From contig JBOGWB010000067.1 in assembly GCA_050693035.1 (NCBI GenBank), positions 1-61,018 of the forward strand: 61,018 nt of DNA, given 5' to 3'. The stretch comes from Actinomycetota bacterium (GTDB taxonomy: Bacteria; Actinomycetota; UBA4738; CALAEC01). Positions 18,401 to 26,542 of this stretch are shown piece by piece. Both the position numbers and the translations under genes were made by a program. Each line of letters opens with the position of its first letter. Positions within the stretch are counted from its first letter, which is position 1. The notes beneath the pieces were generated by a model. The model was not told the DNA's origin, ran no database searches, and worked only from the letters and a program-made list of their open reading frames with translations.

Positions 18401-20468
18401 CGCGCAGCGTGATCACCACGCGAACCCGGGTTCGATGGGCGGAGACTGCGGCAATCAGCAGAGACAGGAACCGGGCCCGCCGGTCCTCGTCCTCCACCAT
18501 CGTGAACAGCTCTTCGAACTGGTCCACCACGAGCACGAGCTCGGAGCGGTCGCGCGGAAGGACACGCGCTGCCGCTCGGACCAGTCCCTGCTCGTCTCGG
18601 CGCAGGTCTTCGAGGAGGTCCCCCGAGATCGCCGGGGCGATCCGCGAGAGCGCTTCCTCCAACGCGTCCAGCGGATCCGAGCCCGGGAACATCTCCACCA
18701 CGAACCACCGGCCGGATCCCCGGACGGCACCCTGCCGGAGCGCGGGGACCAGCCCGGCGCGCACCACGGACGACTTGCCGCTTCCGCTCGGGCCGACGAC
18801 GGCCAGGAAGCGGGAGGCCGGCCCGCGCTCTTTCATCCGACCGAGCAGCCGCTCCACGAACTCCTCGCGACCGAAGAAGTCCGCTGCGTCGGCCTCGAAG
18901 AACGGCTTCAATCCCTTGTACGGGTTGACCGCGGCGGCGACGGGCGCCTGTCGACTCGTCCGGGGGGCGGCTCCGATCGCCCCGCCGACCGCCTCGGCCA
19001 GCTCCATGGCGTCGGCGAAGCGGTCGGCGGGGTCGTCGGCCAGAGCCCTGTCGACCACGGCCCCAAGCTTCGTCGGCAGGCCCCTTGGAGATCTGCGGGC
19101 GCCGCGTCGGGGTCGCGGTCCCGTGGGCGGGCTGCCGGTGAGCATCTCGAACAGCACGGCGCCGAGCCCGTACAGGTCGCTTCGGGGGGTCGACGGCTGC
19201 CCTCGTCGCTGCTCGGGGGATCGGTAGGGGAAGAGTCGCGCGGCGTCGGCCGCTTCTCCCGCCAGTAGCTCCTCGGCGATCCCGAAGTCGGAGAGATAGG
19301 CGTTACCCTCTTGGTCGAGCAGGATGTTCGAGGGTTTCACGTCCCGGTGGACGACCCCTTCGCGATGCGCCGCCGACAGCGCCGCCGCCACGTCCTTCAC
19401 GACCAGAGCGGCTCTTGCGGGTTCAAAGGGACCATCGGCCAGGGCCCGCTGGAGGCTTCCTCCGCGAAGCCACCGCATCACCAGGAACGCGCCGCCCGGC
19501 TCGCGCCAGTAGTCGTACAGAGGGACGATGTTCGGGTGCTCCAGCCGGGCCACCAGCTGGGCCTCGGCCTCGAACCGCCGGATGAACTCGGGTTGGTCGG
19601 CGAGATGCGGATGGATCACCTTGACCGCGACTTCCCGACCCACCTGCGGTTGGATGGCCCGGTGGACGACGCCGAACGTGCCTTCACCGATCTGCTCGAG
19701 GAGCTGATACCCCCGAATGGGTTGGCCCAGAAGCTCCAGCGCCGGATCCTGGTTGAGGATCTGAACCTGTAGCCGTTGCACCTCCGGCGACGGGTCGATC
19801 CCCAGCTCCTCGGCGAGGACGTCGCGGGCCCGCCCGTATGCGGAAAGCGCGTCGGCCTGCCGGCCGGACCGATAGAGCGCCAGCATGAGCTGCCCCCAGA
19901 GCCGCTCTCGAAGGGGGTAGCGCTCCACGAGTGACTCGAGCTCGGGGATCACATCGGCGTGCTGTCCCAGCGCGAGCTCCGCGGCGACACGGTCCTCGAT
20001 GGCGGCGAGGCGGAGCTCCTCGAGCCGAGCCGCTTCCGCCTCCAGCGACACACCTTCCCCCACGTCGGCGAACGGCGCCCCACGCCACAGTTCGAGCGCC
20101 TCGGCCAGGGAGTCGGCGGCGACCCGCGGGTCGGCGGTGAGCGCCCGCCTCCCCTTCCGCGTGAGCTCCTCGAATCGCAGCACGTCGATCTCGTCGGACA
20201 CGGCGTGCAGCACGTAGCCGAGAGCACCACCCTCGATGCGATCGGGACCGAGAATCTTCCGAAGCCGTGACACGTACGCCTGCAGGGAATTGCGGGCGGC
20301 GGCAGGGGGCTCATCCCCCCAGATCTCCTCGATCAACACACCGGTGGGGACGACGTGATTCGCCTCAACGAGCAGATGCGCGAGCACGGCGCGCTGCTTG
20401 AGGCCTCCGAGCGAGACCCGACGCTTCCCTTCGGCGACCTCGAGGGGCCCGAGGAGCCGGAACTCCAT
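15441..20468 (-). CDS. SARP/AfsR-type wHTH-BTAD + Ser/Thr kinase + STAND (nSTAND1-like) NTPase + TM + WD40 protein
   Basis: FRLLGPLEV..QRAVLAHLL; BTAD YPLRERLWGQLMLALYRSGRQADAL; kinase IGEGTFG, AVKVI, HRDVKPSN, DFG; Walker A GPSGSGKS; Walker B LVVDQFEE; TM; about 14 FSPDG..WD repeats. Confidence 0.92.
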   Translation of the reverse strand: MEFRLLGPLEVAEGKRRVSLGGLKQRAVLAHLLVEANHVVPTGVLIEEIWGDEPPAAARNSLQAYVSRLRKILGPDRIEGGALGYVLHAVSDEIDVLRFEELTRKGRRALTADPRVAADSLAEALELWRGAPFADVGEGVSLEAEAARLEELRLAAIEDRVAAELALGQHADVIPELESLVERYPLRERLWGQLMLALYRSGRQADALSAYGRARDVLAEELGIDPSPEVQRLQVQILNQDPALELLGQPIRGYQLLEQIGEGTFGVVHRAIQPQVGREVAVKVIHPHLADQPEFIRRFEAEAQLVARLEHPNIVPLYDYWREPGGAFLVMRWLRGGSLQRALADGPFEPARAALVVKDVAAALSAAHREGVVHRDVKPSNILLDQEGNAYLSDFGIAEELLAGEAADAARLFPYRSPEQRRGQPSTPRSDLYGLGAVLFEMLTGSPPTGPRPRRGARRSPRGLPTKLGAVVDRALADDPADRFADAMELAEAVGGAIGAAPRTSRQAPVAAAVNPYKGLKPFFEADAADFFGREEFVERLLGRMKERGPASRFLAVVGPSGSGKSSVVRAGLVPALRQGAVRGSGRWFVVEMFPGSDPLDALEEALSRIAPAISGDLLEDLRRDEQGLVRAAARVLPRDRSELVLVVDQFEELFTMVEDEDRRARFLSLLIAAVSAHRTRVRVVITLRADFYDRPLRYRGLAGLMRSRTETLIPMTPQEIERAISGPAMRLGVVSEPGLAARMVADVTDQPGGLPLLQYALTELFERRRESSLTIRAYNGIGGVTGALARSAEELYEGWDDVGRDACRQLFLRLVTLGEGTEDTRRLVRRSELASLDVDQAALDGVISALGAHRLVSFDRDPETREPTVEVAHEALLREWPRLAGWIEDGREDLRSERRLTDAARDWEEASRDPSFLLQGTRLEQMESWTTAPPVAVTASERAYLGSSLAQRDARRAEEEARAARERALERRSLRRLRSLVAALTVAALVAGGLSAFAFAQRSRASREARLATARELAAAARANLEVDPDLSINLALHAVETTRGPDGIVLREAEEALRRAVHGSRVELSLPGLFGATFSPDGSRFVTSDDEGEVTVWEMPSGEEIDTFELHSTRIIQVEFTPDGSRLVTTSEDGTAKLADAGTGQVIRTFSGHTASVYSMNLNRDGSLLATRSKDNSVMVWNLASGRRLQVLRHDSPLGVHFHPDGVRLAVGDGVARVWDVRSGDELLAVGSEVVDVRFSPDGTRLATADGDGMVRVWDARTGALRLMLSGHTSSVEAVDFSPDGSVLASGSLDGTVRVWDAATGRELLVLSGQGGAVEHVTFSPDGRLVAGAGTSGTTKVWDITPAGSRELVTLDAHDSPVFALRYSPDGARLVTAGLDGRVRVWDAAAGEEILGLTPGPTIDVRWSPDASRFATAGEDGWVRLWEADTGKRLLTLEGHRGPVSAAAFFPDGGRLATSSIDGTAKLWDLGTGREVLTFEGHAEDVFDVDVSPDGSRIATVSQDETVKIWDAASGTNLRDLRGHTNNVFGVAFSPDGALVASGSIDGTARVWDVAAGRELHTLEGHPGGVLDVAFSPDGTDLVTAGLEGTAKVWEVATGRELLTLTGHAAGVFRVSFSPDGSRLAVSGEDGTVRIYVLDVDELVDLALDRATRPLTDAECRQYLHVSACSEAV

Positions 20469-20531
20469 GGGGGGACGCTAGCGCAGGCAGGTCGAGGAGG
20501 GAAGGTCTTGCCGCTTCTGCCCCAGCCGGTT

Positions 20532-20565
20532 CTGCAAGCCGCCTGCAAGGACCGTTCTCCAGGCT
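20532..20565 (+). promoter_or_regulatory. Direct repeat CTGCAAG x2 (11-bp period) upstream of a -10-like CAGGCT
   Basis: CTGCAAG at 20532 and 20543; CAGGCT at 20560-20565; in the divergent gap between the BTAD regulator and the secreted genes. Confidence 0.5.
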
Positions 20566-20638
20566 GAGCGTCGTCATCGAGGAAAGGGGGTCCAGGGTGA
20601 GAAGGCAAGGACGGGCAGGAGGGAGGAAGGAGGCACAG

Positions 20639-21133
20639 ATGGTTCGACGCGTCGTGGCGATCACGGGAACCGTGCTGGCGGCGATGCTCATGGTGGGGCC
20701 CGCCGCCGCGGCGGCCCCCACTGTCGCGAGGAACGACCTGGCGTTCTCCGACCACATCGACTGTGGAGCCTTCGGGGACTACGACTTCAGCTTCGACATC
20801 GACATGGAAGGCACCCAGACGATCCAGGACTTCGGCGACCGAGTGAAGATCCACGAGACCTGGTTGGGGGACGCGGTCGCCAGCAACGGGACGACCCTTC
20901 GGGTCCACCACGCCATCAACATCGAGCTGGACTTCGTGGCGAACACCATGACCGTCACCGGGCTCGCGTTCGGGACCAGGGTGGACGGCACCTCGATCTC
21001 GCGGATGGACCGGGGGCGGCTGGTCCTCGACCTTGGAACCGGCGAACCGATCTCCGTGTCGGGAAAGTGGTCGCCGGGACCGCCGAATCCCCCCTTGTGG
21101 ACCTGCGAGCTGATCGCGGCCGCCCAGGCCTAG
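20639..21133 (+). CDS. Secreted beta-rich hypothetical protein
   Basis: AAGGAGG SD; signal peptide ending AAA; one Cys near each terminus (possible disulfide). Confidence 0.75.
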   Translation: MVRRVVAITGTVLAAMLMVGPAAAAAPTVARNDLAFSDHIDCGAFGDYDFSFDIDMEGTQTIQDFGDRVKIHETWLGDAVASNGTTLRVHHAINIELDFVANTMTVTGLAFGTRVDGTSISRMDRGRLVLDLGTGEPISVSGKWSPGPPNPPLWTCELIAAAQA

Positions 21134-21155
21134 TCGGAACTTGGAGGTGAAGGAC

Positions 21156-21629
21156 ATGAACCGAAGGACGTTGCTGGGGGTCGTTGCGGCGCTCCTGCTC
21201 GGACTGCTGACCCTGGGAACGACAGGGATCCCCGCAGGAGCGGAAGACGAGACTGTGGGGCAGACGACCGCGGAGACATTCGTCATGTACGGCGGCGAGA
21301 GGCACTTCAGGAGCCTCGATCTCGCCCGCCGGGGCCCCAGCCGGTTCGATCGGCTGTACGTCTGGGGCAAGATGTACAGCGACGAAGAGCGCCAGACCCA
21401 GGTCGGCAGGGTCCGGGCCATCTGCGAGTGGTTCACCACGCGCAGGCCGTATTGCACGAACGAGGCCGAGATCGATGGTCGCGGGAAGATCCTGAGCGCC
21501 AGCTTCCAGGACATCCGGCAACCGGGGTTCACCGACGCCATCCTGGGCGGGACCGGCGACTTCCGAGCCGCCCGGGGGCAAGTGATCGTGGACTTCACCA
21601 CGGGCACCATCACCGTGGAGCTGGAGTAG
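21156..21629 (+). CDS. Secreted dirigent/allene-oxide-cyclase-like beta-barrel protein
   Basis: Signal peptide; C-terminal AILGGTGDFRAARG matches the dirigent GGTGxFxxARG motif; Cys pair in ICEWFTTRRPYC. Confidence 0.7.
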   Translation: MNRRTLLGVVAALLLGLLTLGTTGIPAGAEDETVGQTTAETFVMYGGERHFRSLDLARRGPSRFDRLYVWGKMYSDEERQTQVGRVRAICEWFTTRRPYCTNEAEIDGRGKILSASFQDIRQPGFTDAILGGTGDFRAARGQVIVDFTTGTITVELE

Positions 21630-21650
21630 GCCGCCCAGACCGTAACGGAC

Positions 21651-21685
21651 GCGAGGACCCTCGAGCCGACCTCGGGGGTCCTCGC
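21651..21685. terminator. Hairpin between convergent genes (bidirectional terminator)
   Basis: 15-bp stem with one G-U pair: GCGAGGACCCTCGAG-ccgac-CTCGGGGGTCCTCGC. Confidence 0.65.
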
Positions 21686-21711
21686 TTACCCTCCGGCCCG
21701 GCTCGACGCGA

Positions 21712-23049
21712 TCAGGAAGAGAAGCTCTCGGCGGGGACCTCCGAGCGGCGGGCCGCGAGGAGGCGAGCCGGGGTCAGCCCCTTGCCCTTGAGGTCCAGGA
21801 CCAGCGGAGGACCGAACTCGTACCGGTCGGCCAGCCGCTCCGCGGTCTTCTCGGAGACCAGGATCCGGTCCGGCTCCGCGTTCTCCTGGAGCCGGCTGGC
21901 CAGGTTCACCGTGTCGCCCCACAGGTCGTAGGCGAACTTGCGCTGTCCGATCACCCCGGCCACGGCGGGCCCCGTGGCCCCGCCTACCCGCACCACGACC
22001 TCATCCCCTGACGGCCACCGGACCTCATGGGCCACCGCCCGCATGTCGAGGGCCATCTCCGCGGCCCGCTCGGCGTGATCGTTTACGGGCACCGGCGCTC
22101 CGGCAACCGCCATGTACGCGTCGCCGATGGTCTTGATCTTCTCCAGCCCGTGCCGGTCGGCGATCTGGTCGAACCGGCGGAAGAGCGTGTCGAGCGTATC
22201 GGCGAACTCGTCGGCCGTGCACCTGGCGGCCTGTTCCGTTGAGCCGACGGCGTCGGCGAAGACCACGCTGACCTCGTCCAGGTCGTCGGCGATCCGGGCA
22301 CCCTCTCTCCGGACCTTGAGCCGGTCCACGATGGCCTGGGGCAGGATGTTCAGCAGGAGGCTGTCGGAGCGGAGCCGCTCCCGGTCGAGCTGTCGCTCCC
22401 GCAGGAACAGCAGCCGGGTGAACCGTTCCATCCTGTACGCGGCAAGCCCTCCGAGCGCTCCGAACGTCGTCAGGAAGAGGGTCGCCAGCACGGTCTTCAC
22501 TCCAAAGATGTAGACCGCGGAGACCACGTAGGGCAGGTACGCGGCGATGCCGATCACCGTGACCAGCATGACCAAGACGAACCGGAGCCGGAGAAGCGTA
22601 TAGGTGAACGCCGTGATCAGGATGAGGCCCACGTATCCGTATTCGGGAGGCAGCGTGAGGACCTGGGACACGTAGTACACCCACAACAGGACGGTCGCCG
22701 AGGCGACCACCACCGCCACCCACTCCCAGATCCGCTCGAAGAACCGAGCGAACGAAACGGCGAACCCGGCAAGCAGCAGGGGGATGAACACCCCGTACCG
22801 CATGAAGACGTCGACCCTCTTGTCCGCCAGGGCCAGGATGTGGTCGTAGAGAATCACGCCCCACAGCACCCACAGGATCACCCCGCCCAGGAAGGCGAAG
22901 CGGATGTTGCCGAGGTTGTGCCGGAAGTAGTCGGCCCGGAAGACCCTCTCCAGAGCGCCGTCCCGGAACCGCAGGGTGAGTGGGTCGAGGGCGCCGGGCT
23001 CGAGGGTTCTCTCATCCGTCGACGTGCTTGCTCTCTCCAAGCTTTCCAA
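21712..23049 (-). CDS. Membrane-bound class III adenylate/guanylate cyclase
   Basis: About 6 TM helices, then VVFADAVGST, EKIKTIGDAYM, KFAYDLWGDTVNLASR. Probable TTG start after GGAGGAG. Confidence 0.9.
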   Translation of the reverse strand: MESLERASTSTDERTLEPGALDPLTLRFRDGALERVFRADYFRHNLGNIRFAFLGGVILWVLWGVILYDHILALADKRVDVFMRYGVFIPLLLAGFAVSFARFFERIWEWVAVVVASATVLLWVYYVSQVLTLPPEYGYVGLILITAFTYTLLRLRFVLVMLVTVIGIAAYLPYVVSAVYIFGVKTVLATLFLTTFGALGGLAAYRMERFTRLLFLRERQLDRERLRSDSLLLNILPQAIVDRLKVRREGARIADDLDEVSVVFADAVGSTEQAARCTADEFADTLDTLFRRFDQIADRHGLEKIKTIGDAYMAVAGAPVPVNDHAERAAEMALDMRAVAHEVRWPSGDEVVVRVGGATGPAVAGVIGQRKFAYDLWGDTVNLASRLQENAEPDRILVSEKTAERLADRYEFGPPLVLDLKGKGLTPARLLAARRSEVPAESFSS

Positions 23050-23148
23050 GGTGACTCCTCCGAAGTGCCGCCGTCCCGACTGGATGGCCCGCCCATGATG
23101 ACGGCCCCGCCCCACTTTGTCAGCAGAGCAGGCCAGAGAAAGGGGAAG

Positions 23149-23174
23149 GCGGCCGGGGAAGAACCCCCGGCCGC
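23149..23174 (-). terminator. Intrinsic terminator of the ABC operon
   Basis: GCGGCCGGGG-aagaac-CCCCGGCCGC stem, followed on the minus strand by CTTCCCCTTTCTCT. Confidence 0.65.
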
Positions 23175-23192
23175 GCCTCCCTTGCTATCTGC

Positions 23193-23966
23193 CTACACCG
23201 AGCGCTGGTAGGCCCGGAACGCCCTCACCGCGAACCACATCGTCACGGCGCCCAGGATGGCCAGCCATGCCAGCCGGGAGCCGATCAGACTCCAGTCCGG
23301 CGAGCCGGTCACGGCCGACCGCGCCGTCTCCACCGCCCACGTGAGCGGGTTGAACTTCGACGCGGTCCGGATCCACCCGGGCATCAGCGCCGGCGCCATG
23401 AAGATCGACGACAGGAACGTCAGGGGCAGCAGCAGGAACTGGTTGACCCCGATGATCGATTCCTCCTGCCGCAGGAGCAGGGCGATGGAGTTGGAGAACG
23501 CCCCGATCGGCACGGCCACCAGGACCGCGGCCAGGAGCATCACCAGGATGCCCACCAGGCCGCCCGGATACCCGGCCCCCATGATCAGCCCGAGCAGGAC
23601 GATGATGGCCACCTGGATCGCCGTCACCAGCCCCACCTGGACCAGCCGCCCGGCGACCAGCGAGGTCCGGCTGGCCGGGGAGACCAGGAACCGGTCGAGC
23701 ACGCCCCGGTCGAGGTCCTCGTACTCCCCCATCCCACTCCATCCCGCGGAGAAGGCCGCCGTCATCACGGCGATCCCCGGGGTGAGGAAGGTGATGTAGT
23801 CGGTTCCGAACCCGGGAAGCTGGGACACCGACTCGAACAGCTGGCTGAACAGCACCAGGTACACGACCGGGATGAACAGCGTGAAGGCCACGTACCACGG
23901 CTGACGGATCAGGTTCCGCGCGTGGCGTGCGGTCATGAATCCTGTGTGCGCGAGTACCGTCGACAT
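23193..23966 (-). CDS. ABC-2 type exporter permease (DrrB-like)
   Basis: Six TMs; RNLIRQP, DLDRGVLDRFLVSP, FNPLTWAV. Confidence 0.92.
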   Translation of the reverse strand: MSTVLAHTGFMTARHARNLIRQPWYVAFTLFIPVVYLVLFSQLFESVSQLPGFGTDYITFLTPGIAVMTAAFSAGWSGMGEYEDLDRGVLDRFLVSPASRTSLVAGRLVQVGLVTAIQVAIIVLLGLIMGAGYPGGLVGILVMLLAAVLVAVPIGAFSNSIALLLRQEESIIGVNQFLLLPLTFLSSIFMAPALMPGWIRTASKFNPLTWAVETARSAVTGSPDWSLIGSRLAWLAILGAVTMWFAVRAFRAYQRSV

Positions 23967-23993
23967 CTCTCGATCCCTCCTTCTTCTTCTCTC

Positions 23994-24986
23994 TCAGCGG
24001 GAAGCGCCCACGAGCTCGCCGCGCCGCTCCCCTTCCCGGTCGGCCTTCTCGAAGGCCCGGCCGGTGTAGCGCAGGTACACGTCGTCCAGGGACGGGCGGG
24101 CGATGGTCAGCGACTGCACCCGCATGCCCGCACCTTCCAGCGCGGCCAGAACCGCCGGGGCCGCCGTCGCTCCGTGATCCACCCACGCCCGCAGCTCGCC
24201 GTCCTCGAACGTGGCCTCGCGGACGCCGGGGAGCCGCTCCACCGTCGGGAGCACCTGCCCGTTGGCCCCGTCGGCCAGCTCGATGTGGAGGGCGTCGCCC
24301 TTGAGCTCCGCCTTCAGCTCCTCGGGCGTGCCGGTGGCGACGACCCGGCCCCGGTCAACGATGGCCAGGTTGCGGGCCAGGCGGTCGGCCTCCTCCAGGT
24401 AGTGCGTGGTGAGGAGGATGGTGAGGCCCTCCTCCCGGGTGAGCCCGGCGATCATGTCCCACATGTCCGCGCGGACCTCCGGGTCCAGGCCGGTGGTGGG
24501 CTCGTCGAGGAACAGCACCCGCGGCCGGTGGACCAGCCCGAGGGCGATGTCCATCCGCCGCTGCATGCCGCCGGAGAAGGTCTTGACCCGGCGGTCGGCC
24601 GCTTCGGCCAGCCCGAACCGCTCCAGCAGCCAGTCCACTCGCTCGGCGAGGTCCCGCCCCCGCATCCCGTACAGCTGGCCCTGGAGGCGGAGGTTCTCCC
24701 GCCCGGTGGCCTCCCGGTCCACCCCGGACTTCTGGGCCACCAGGCCGATGTGGTGGCGGACCCGGTCGGGGTCCCGGAGGACGTCGATCCCGGCCACCCG
24801 GGCCTCGCCTTCGTCGGGGCTCGACAAGGTGGTGAGGATCTTCACCACGGTGGTCTTCCCCGCCCCGTTCGGTCCGAGCAGGCCGAACACGGAGCCCTCC
24901 TCCACCGTGAAGGACAGGCCGTCCAGCGCCCGGACGTCCTTCGGATACGTCTTGACCAGGTCTTTCGCCTCGATGGCGTCTGTCAT
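23994..24986 (-). CDS. ABC exporter ATP-binding protein (DrrA-like)
   Basis: GPNGAGKTT, FSGGMQRR, FLDEPTTGLD, TTHYLEEA, C-terminal PSLDDVYL. Confidence 0.95.
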   Translation of the reverse strand: MTDAIEAKDLVKTYPKDVRALDGLSFTVEEGSVFGLLGPNGAGKTTVVKILTTLSSPDEGEARVAGIDVLRDPDRVRHHIGLVAQKSGVDREATGRENLRLQGQLYGMRGRDLAERVDWLLERFGLAEAADRRVKTFSGGMQRRMDIALGLVHRPRVLFLDEPTTGLDPEVRADMWDMIAGLTREEGLTILLTTHYLEEADRLARNLAIVDRGRVVATGTPEELKAELKGDALHIELADGANGQVLPTVERLPGVREATFEDGELRAWVDHGATAAPAVLAALEGAGMRVQSLTIARPSLDDVYLRYTGRAFEKADREGERRGELVGASR

Positions 24987-25109
24987 GAGTCTCCTCCCTC
25001 CTATCTCTCTCGTTTCGACGGCTCTCCGGGTTGCAACTCATCGTTGCCACCGGGTCTTCCGTCAGGTATCATCTCGACAGGCAAGCATCTTAATTGGTGA
25101 AAGGTTCAA

Positions 25110-25604
25110 ATGTCAAGGGAAATCCGCGAGGACCGCCGGAGCCGCCTCATCGACGAGGTAGGCCAGGCCGCCCGGGAGTACGGCACCGCCAACGACGCCG
25201 TGGATCAAGCCGCCGCCGAGCGCCTGGGGATCAACCGGACGGACATCGCGGTCCTGGACATCCTGGATCAGGCCGGCGGGAAGACCACCGCGGGGGCGCT
25301 CGCCGAGGCCTCTCACCTGACCACGGGGGCGATCACCGCGGTGGTGGACCGGCTGCAGAAGAAGGGGTACGTCCGCCGGGCCCGGGACAAGGAGGACCGC
25401 CGCCGGGTGTTGGTCGAGCTAACGGAGAAGGTGCGGAAGAAGACGATGGAGCTCTACGGCCCCATCGCCGAGGCCGGCTACCGGAATCTGGAGGAGTACA
25501 CGGACGAACAGCTCGAGTTCATCCGCGACGTCATGCGCCGAGCCACCAACCTGCTGATTGAGCAGGCTGGCCGGATCCGAGGCTGGCGTGAACGGCCATC
25601 CTGA
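25110..25604 (+). CDS. MarR family regulator
   Basis: wHTH TAGALAEASHLTTGAITAVVDRLQKKGYVRR..DRRRVLV; divergent from the ABC exporter. Confidence 0.93.
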   Translation: MSREIREDRRSRLIDEVGQAAREYGTANDAVDQAAAERLGINRTDIAVLDILDQAGGKTTAGALAEASHLTTGAITAVVDRLQKKGYVRRARDKEDRRRVLVELTEKVRKKTMELYGPIAEAGYRNLEEYTDEQLEFIRDVMRRATNLLIEQAGRIRGWRERPS

Positions 25605-25763
25605 CGAGGCTGGACACACAGCCCCGGCGACGGGGTGGATATTGCTGCGTCTGGCCACGATCCAGATCTCTCCAAAGGCTGGGAGGCACGATCCTATCGA
25701 CCCTTTCGCTGATAAACCGAGCCTCAGTCTCACCCAGCTCGGGTCAGAAGGGTCTACCCGGGG

Positions 25764-26192
25764 CTAGCGCTGGCCGGGGGGGACCTCGTCGTGGACTCGG
25801 AAGGAACCAGATCGCGTCTGCTCGCCAAGGCGGGCTACCACACGGTATCCCCCGGGGCCAGGGAACTGTATGTTCACGTTGATTGCCAGGACAGCGCGCT
25901 GATCGCTCCCTACGGGAATCCGGGGTGGGCGCCCTATCTCTAGGTCCGCCTCCACCCGCCCCAGTTCCGAGCCGTCTTCGCTTTCGATAGTAAGAATTAG
26001 GTGGTGCGGCCGGTTTGTCTCAGTCCATGGGACGAGGACGCTTACTCCAATGGCGAAATGTGTCAGCGGCGGTGGCACGTCTGGCGGCTGTCGCCCCCGC
26101 CATTGATCGGTCCAACCCGCTCCGAGGACGTGCAAGAGCCCATTCACGGCCTCGGCATGGTTCGCGAGGAGCATGTACTCGATCTCTGCCAT
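25764..26192 (-). CDS. Small beta-sandwich protein, DUF6941-like
   Basis: EYMLLANHAEAVNGLLHVLGAGWT, FPGPGGYRVV. The family name is from recalled pattern only. ATG 26192 with GGGAG. Confidence 0.65.
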   Translation of the reverse strand: MAEIEYMLLANHAEAVNGLLHVLGAGWTDQWRGRQPPDVPPPLTHFAIGVSVLVPWTETNRPHHLILTIESEDGSELGRVEADLEIGRPPRIPVGSDQRAVLAINVNIQFPGPGGYRVVARLGEQTRSGSFRVHDEVPPGQR

Positions 26193-26194
26193 GA

Positions 26195-26233
26195 TATACT
26201 CCCTCTGTATACAGTCGTAAACAGAGTATACAG
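26195..26233. promoter_or_regulatory. AT-rich divergent promoter/operator with GTATAC boxes
   Basis: Palindrome CTGTATACAG (26205-14); GTATACAG repeated at 26226-33; TATACTC/GAGTATA inverted repeat. Confidence 0.5.
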
Positions 26234-26254
26234 GCCGCCTGAGTGAGGCGCAAG

Positions 26255-26542
26255 ATGCCGCTGTGGATAGAAGCCTGGGAGTGGAATGAGGGGAATCTCG
26301 ATGAGTTGGCATCCCATGGGGTGGCGCGAAGAAATGTCCTCCAAGTCAGTCAGGGGGACCCCCGATTCCGCCGAAACAGGAGGGGTAGGGCCGCATCTCA
26401 TCAGATGATCGGCCCTGACGATGGCGGGAAGATATGGGTTGTGTGTATCGTTCAGGCCCCAGACCGGCCCGGCGTGTGGCGGGCGGTAACGGGATGGCAA
26501 GCGAGAGCGTCTGAACGGGAGTGGTATCGGAGGAGCCGATGA
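26255..26542 (+). CDS. BrnT/RelE-fold toxin candidate
   Basis: WEWNEGNLDELASHGV..V, MIGPDDGGKIWVVC, RAVTGW..EREWY pattern; ATGA-coupled to the RHH gene. Confidence 0.7.
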   Translation: MPLWIEAWEWNEGNLDELASHGVARRNVLQVSQGDPRFRRNRRGRAASHQMIGPDDGGKIWVVCIVQAPDRPGVWRAVTGWQARASEREWYRRSR

